DNA from: an uncultured Clostridia bacterium
GTDB taxonomy: Bacteria > Bacillota > Clostridia > Oscillospirales > Acutalibacteraceae
NCBI GenBank assembly: GCA_947165155.1
Contig: CAMUZI010000004.1
Span: 6,799 to 70,798, forward strand
Reading direction: 5' to 3'
Length of the DNA: 64,000 nt
Shown here: piece by piece, positions 62,675-64,000 of the stretch
How positions within the stretch are numbered: position 1 is the first letter of the stretch
Layout: each line of letters opens with the position of its first letter
Notes under the pieces: model-generated
Seen by the model: the letters and a program-made list of their open reading frames with translations, nothing else
Database searches by the model: none
Told to the model about the DNA's origin: nothing
Position numbers and translations under genes: made by a program

Positions 62675-63634
62675 ATGTCGTCTAAGGGTAGACTATTAAG
62701 AAAACTAAGAAAGGTCATGGGAGTAGCGGTTGCATCATCTAGTTTGTTTGCATGTTCTTCTCAGAGTTCGTGTGCAAAAAATGACACGTATGAGGTCATA
62801 TATGAGTCGGGTAAGGACTCACCGGGATTAGGTCTCAAATATGATGAAAGCGTAAAAATTTTACGAATCTCTGGGCTGGACATTATACCCGCTGAATGCG
62901 GCTCAAGAATGCAAGACGATAGTTGGTGGATATTCGATGAGGTTGAATGGATCAACATCAGAAATGTTGAGAATATTGGTACTTGTTCCTTTTCGTTATG
63001 CAAGACGCTAATGGGGGTTACACTTGATGATAAAGTTAAGGTAATTGGTGATAAAGCCTTTGATAGTTGCTATAATCTCAAGGAAATTGTAATTCCGAAG
63101 GGAATTACTAATATCGATCAAAGTGCCTTTGAAGATTGTTCCCGTATGAAGAAAGTTGTAATTTTGGGAACTGATGCCAATGGTGCTAAGATTGGTAAAT
63201 ATGCCTTTCGTGGTTGCGAGAATTTGGAAAGCCTTACAATTCCGAATTCTATATCCGAAATCGGTGATGCTGCCTTCGCGAATACTAATTTGACAAAGAT
63301 TAAAGTTTTGGGTGATCCTGCTAATAATAAAAGTTTACTTGAAAAGTTAAGAAAAACTATAGTGCCAAGATATGGCGAAATTATTGAGTTTAAGAGATGG
63401 GCAGCCGACGATTTGGGAATTACTTATGAAGTTTTAAGAAAAAAAGCTGATCAAACAAATGAAGCTTTAAGAGAAAAAGCTGATCAAACAAATGAAGCTT
63501 TAAGAAAAAAAGCTAATCAAAATTTGAATCGTACAGATCAAGGCGTTTGGAAGCCTCGAATTCCATTGCGATATTTGGGTACATGGGATGTACTTGAATG
63601 GGAACGGGTGCTAGAGAACTCACCCTTCTTTTGA
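62675..63634 (+). CDS. BspA-type leucine-rich-repeat lipoprotein with C-terminal 11-aa tandem repeats
   Basis: AAGGAGG RBS and a lipobox-like SSLFAC. LRR units read (IGxxAFxxCxxLxxIxIPxxIT). A 33-bp tandem repeat at 63434-63520 encodes LRKKADQTNEA about 2.6 times. Confidence 0.8.
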   Translation: MSSKGRLLRKLRKVMGVAVASSSLFACSSQSSCAKNDTYEVIYESGKDSPGLGLKYDESVKILRISGLDIIPAECGSRMQDDSWWIFDEVEWINIRNVENIGTCSFSLCKTLMGVTLDDKVKVIGDKAFDSCYNLKEIVIPKGITNIDQSAFEDCSRMKKVVILGTDANGAKIGKYAFRGCENLESLTIPNSISEIGDAAFANTNLTKIKVLGDPANNKSLLEKLRKTIVPRYGEIIEFKRWAADDLGITYEVLRKKADQTNEALREKADQTNEALRKKANQNLNRTDQGVWKPRIPLRYLGTWDVLEWERVLENSPFF

Positions 63635-63797
63635 AATTTGTTTTTACCCAAATTGGCGTTTTTTATGAAAGATCTGAAGTGTTAACTGTCCATTGAATTT
63701 GTAGTTTTTTAATTACATTGTGGCATGAATAAGGCTAGTATTTTGGGAGTGATATTTGTGTCACCAAAAAACTAACGTTATAACTTAAATCTTATTT

Positions 63798-63833
63798 GAA
63801 ACGAAGTTATTAGCCTTCGTTTCCTTTGTTTTT
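63798..63833 (+). terminator. Rho-independent terminator
   Basis: Perfect 9-bp stem GAAACGAAG / CTTCGTTTC followed by CTTTGTTTTT. Confidence 0.7.
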
Positions 63834-63854
63834 GATTGCCATTTGTGGTAAAAT
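63826..63854 (+). promoter_or_regulatory. Promoter candidate firing toward the window end
   Basis: TTGTTT, 17 nt spacer, then TGgTAAAAT (extended -10). The downstream sequence to 64000 is GC-richer and has no obvious ORF. Confidence 0.35.
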
Positions 63855-64000
63855 CCTAGTATCCTGCTGGGTGCGCGGACTGTACTTTTTATAACCCTAT
63901 AACTTTATTTTTTTGGGTTTTTCTCCGGTAGTGGATTGCAGGCCTTACGTTTTGGTTAGGATTCGAGATATTATTGGGTGGGCCCTTCCTGTATACAAAT

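Overview
AT-rich (about two-thirds A+T by eye) chromosomal segment of a low-GC Gram-positive, Clostridia-like bacterium using the standard genetic code. The backbone is housekeeping. It includes secG, gyrB, RNase J, rplI, frr, uppS, trxB, rlmN, a PP2C phosphatase with a PASTA Ser/Thr kinase, gyrA and pyrH. It also carries a ptsH-ptsI-crr-ptsG PTS cluster, a fused ecfA, rsmA, holB, rnc, engB, groES-groEL, hrcA-grpE-dnaK, ecfT-truA, valS, corA and two tRNAs. Sporulation-type genes are present (cwlD, ylmC/ymxH-like, SpoIVFB-like S2P protease, an orphan spoVAD). Signs of genome decay and rearrangement are overlaid on this backbone. There are at least five degenerate IS1-family copies. There is a fragmented phage tail-fibre-like gene, a broken BspA-type LRR gene, and a dut/BRCT chimeric relic. 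Two genes are frameshifted at homopolymer runs. Three independent tandem duplications each copy a gene 3-prime end. Canonical operons are split (frr-uppS without pyrH, dnaK without dnaJ, ecfA away from ecfT). The accessory content is dominated by signal-peptide-bearing proteins of unknown function. The strongest candidate for something new is a Sec-signal protein with a textbook eukaryotic-type RING-H2 finger (38953-39576). Around it is a possible effector-like repertoire: a tandem paralog pair behind a consensus promoter, lysine/arginine-rich secreted proteins with a glycine-rich hydrophobic segment, a Cys/His-rich protein, LRR proteins, and a small double-glycine-leader protein. All functional calls come from motif recognition by eye; no database search was possible.
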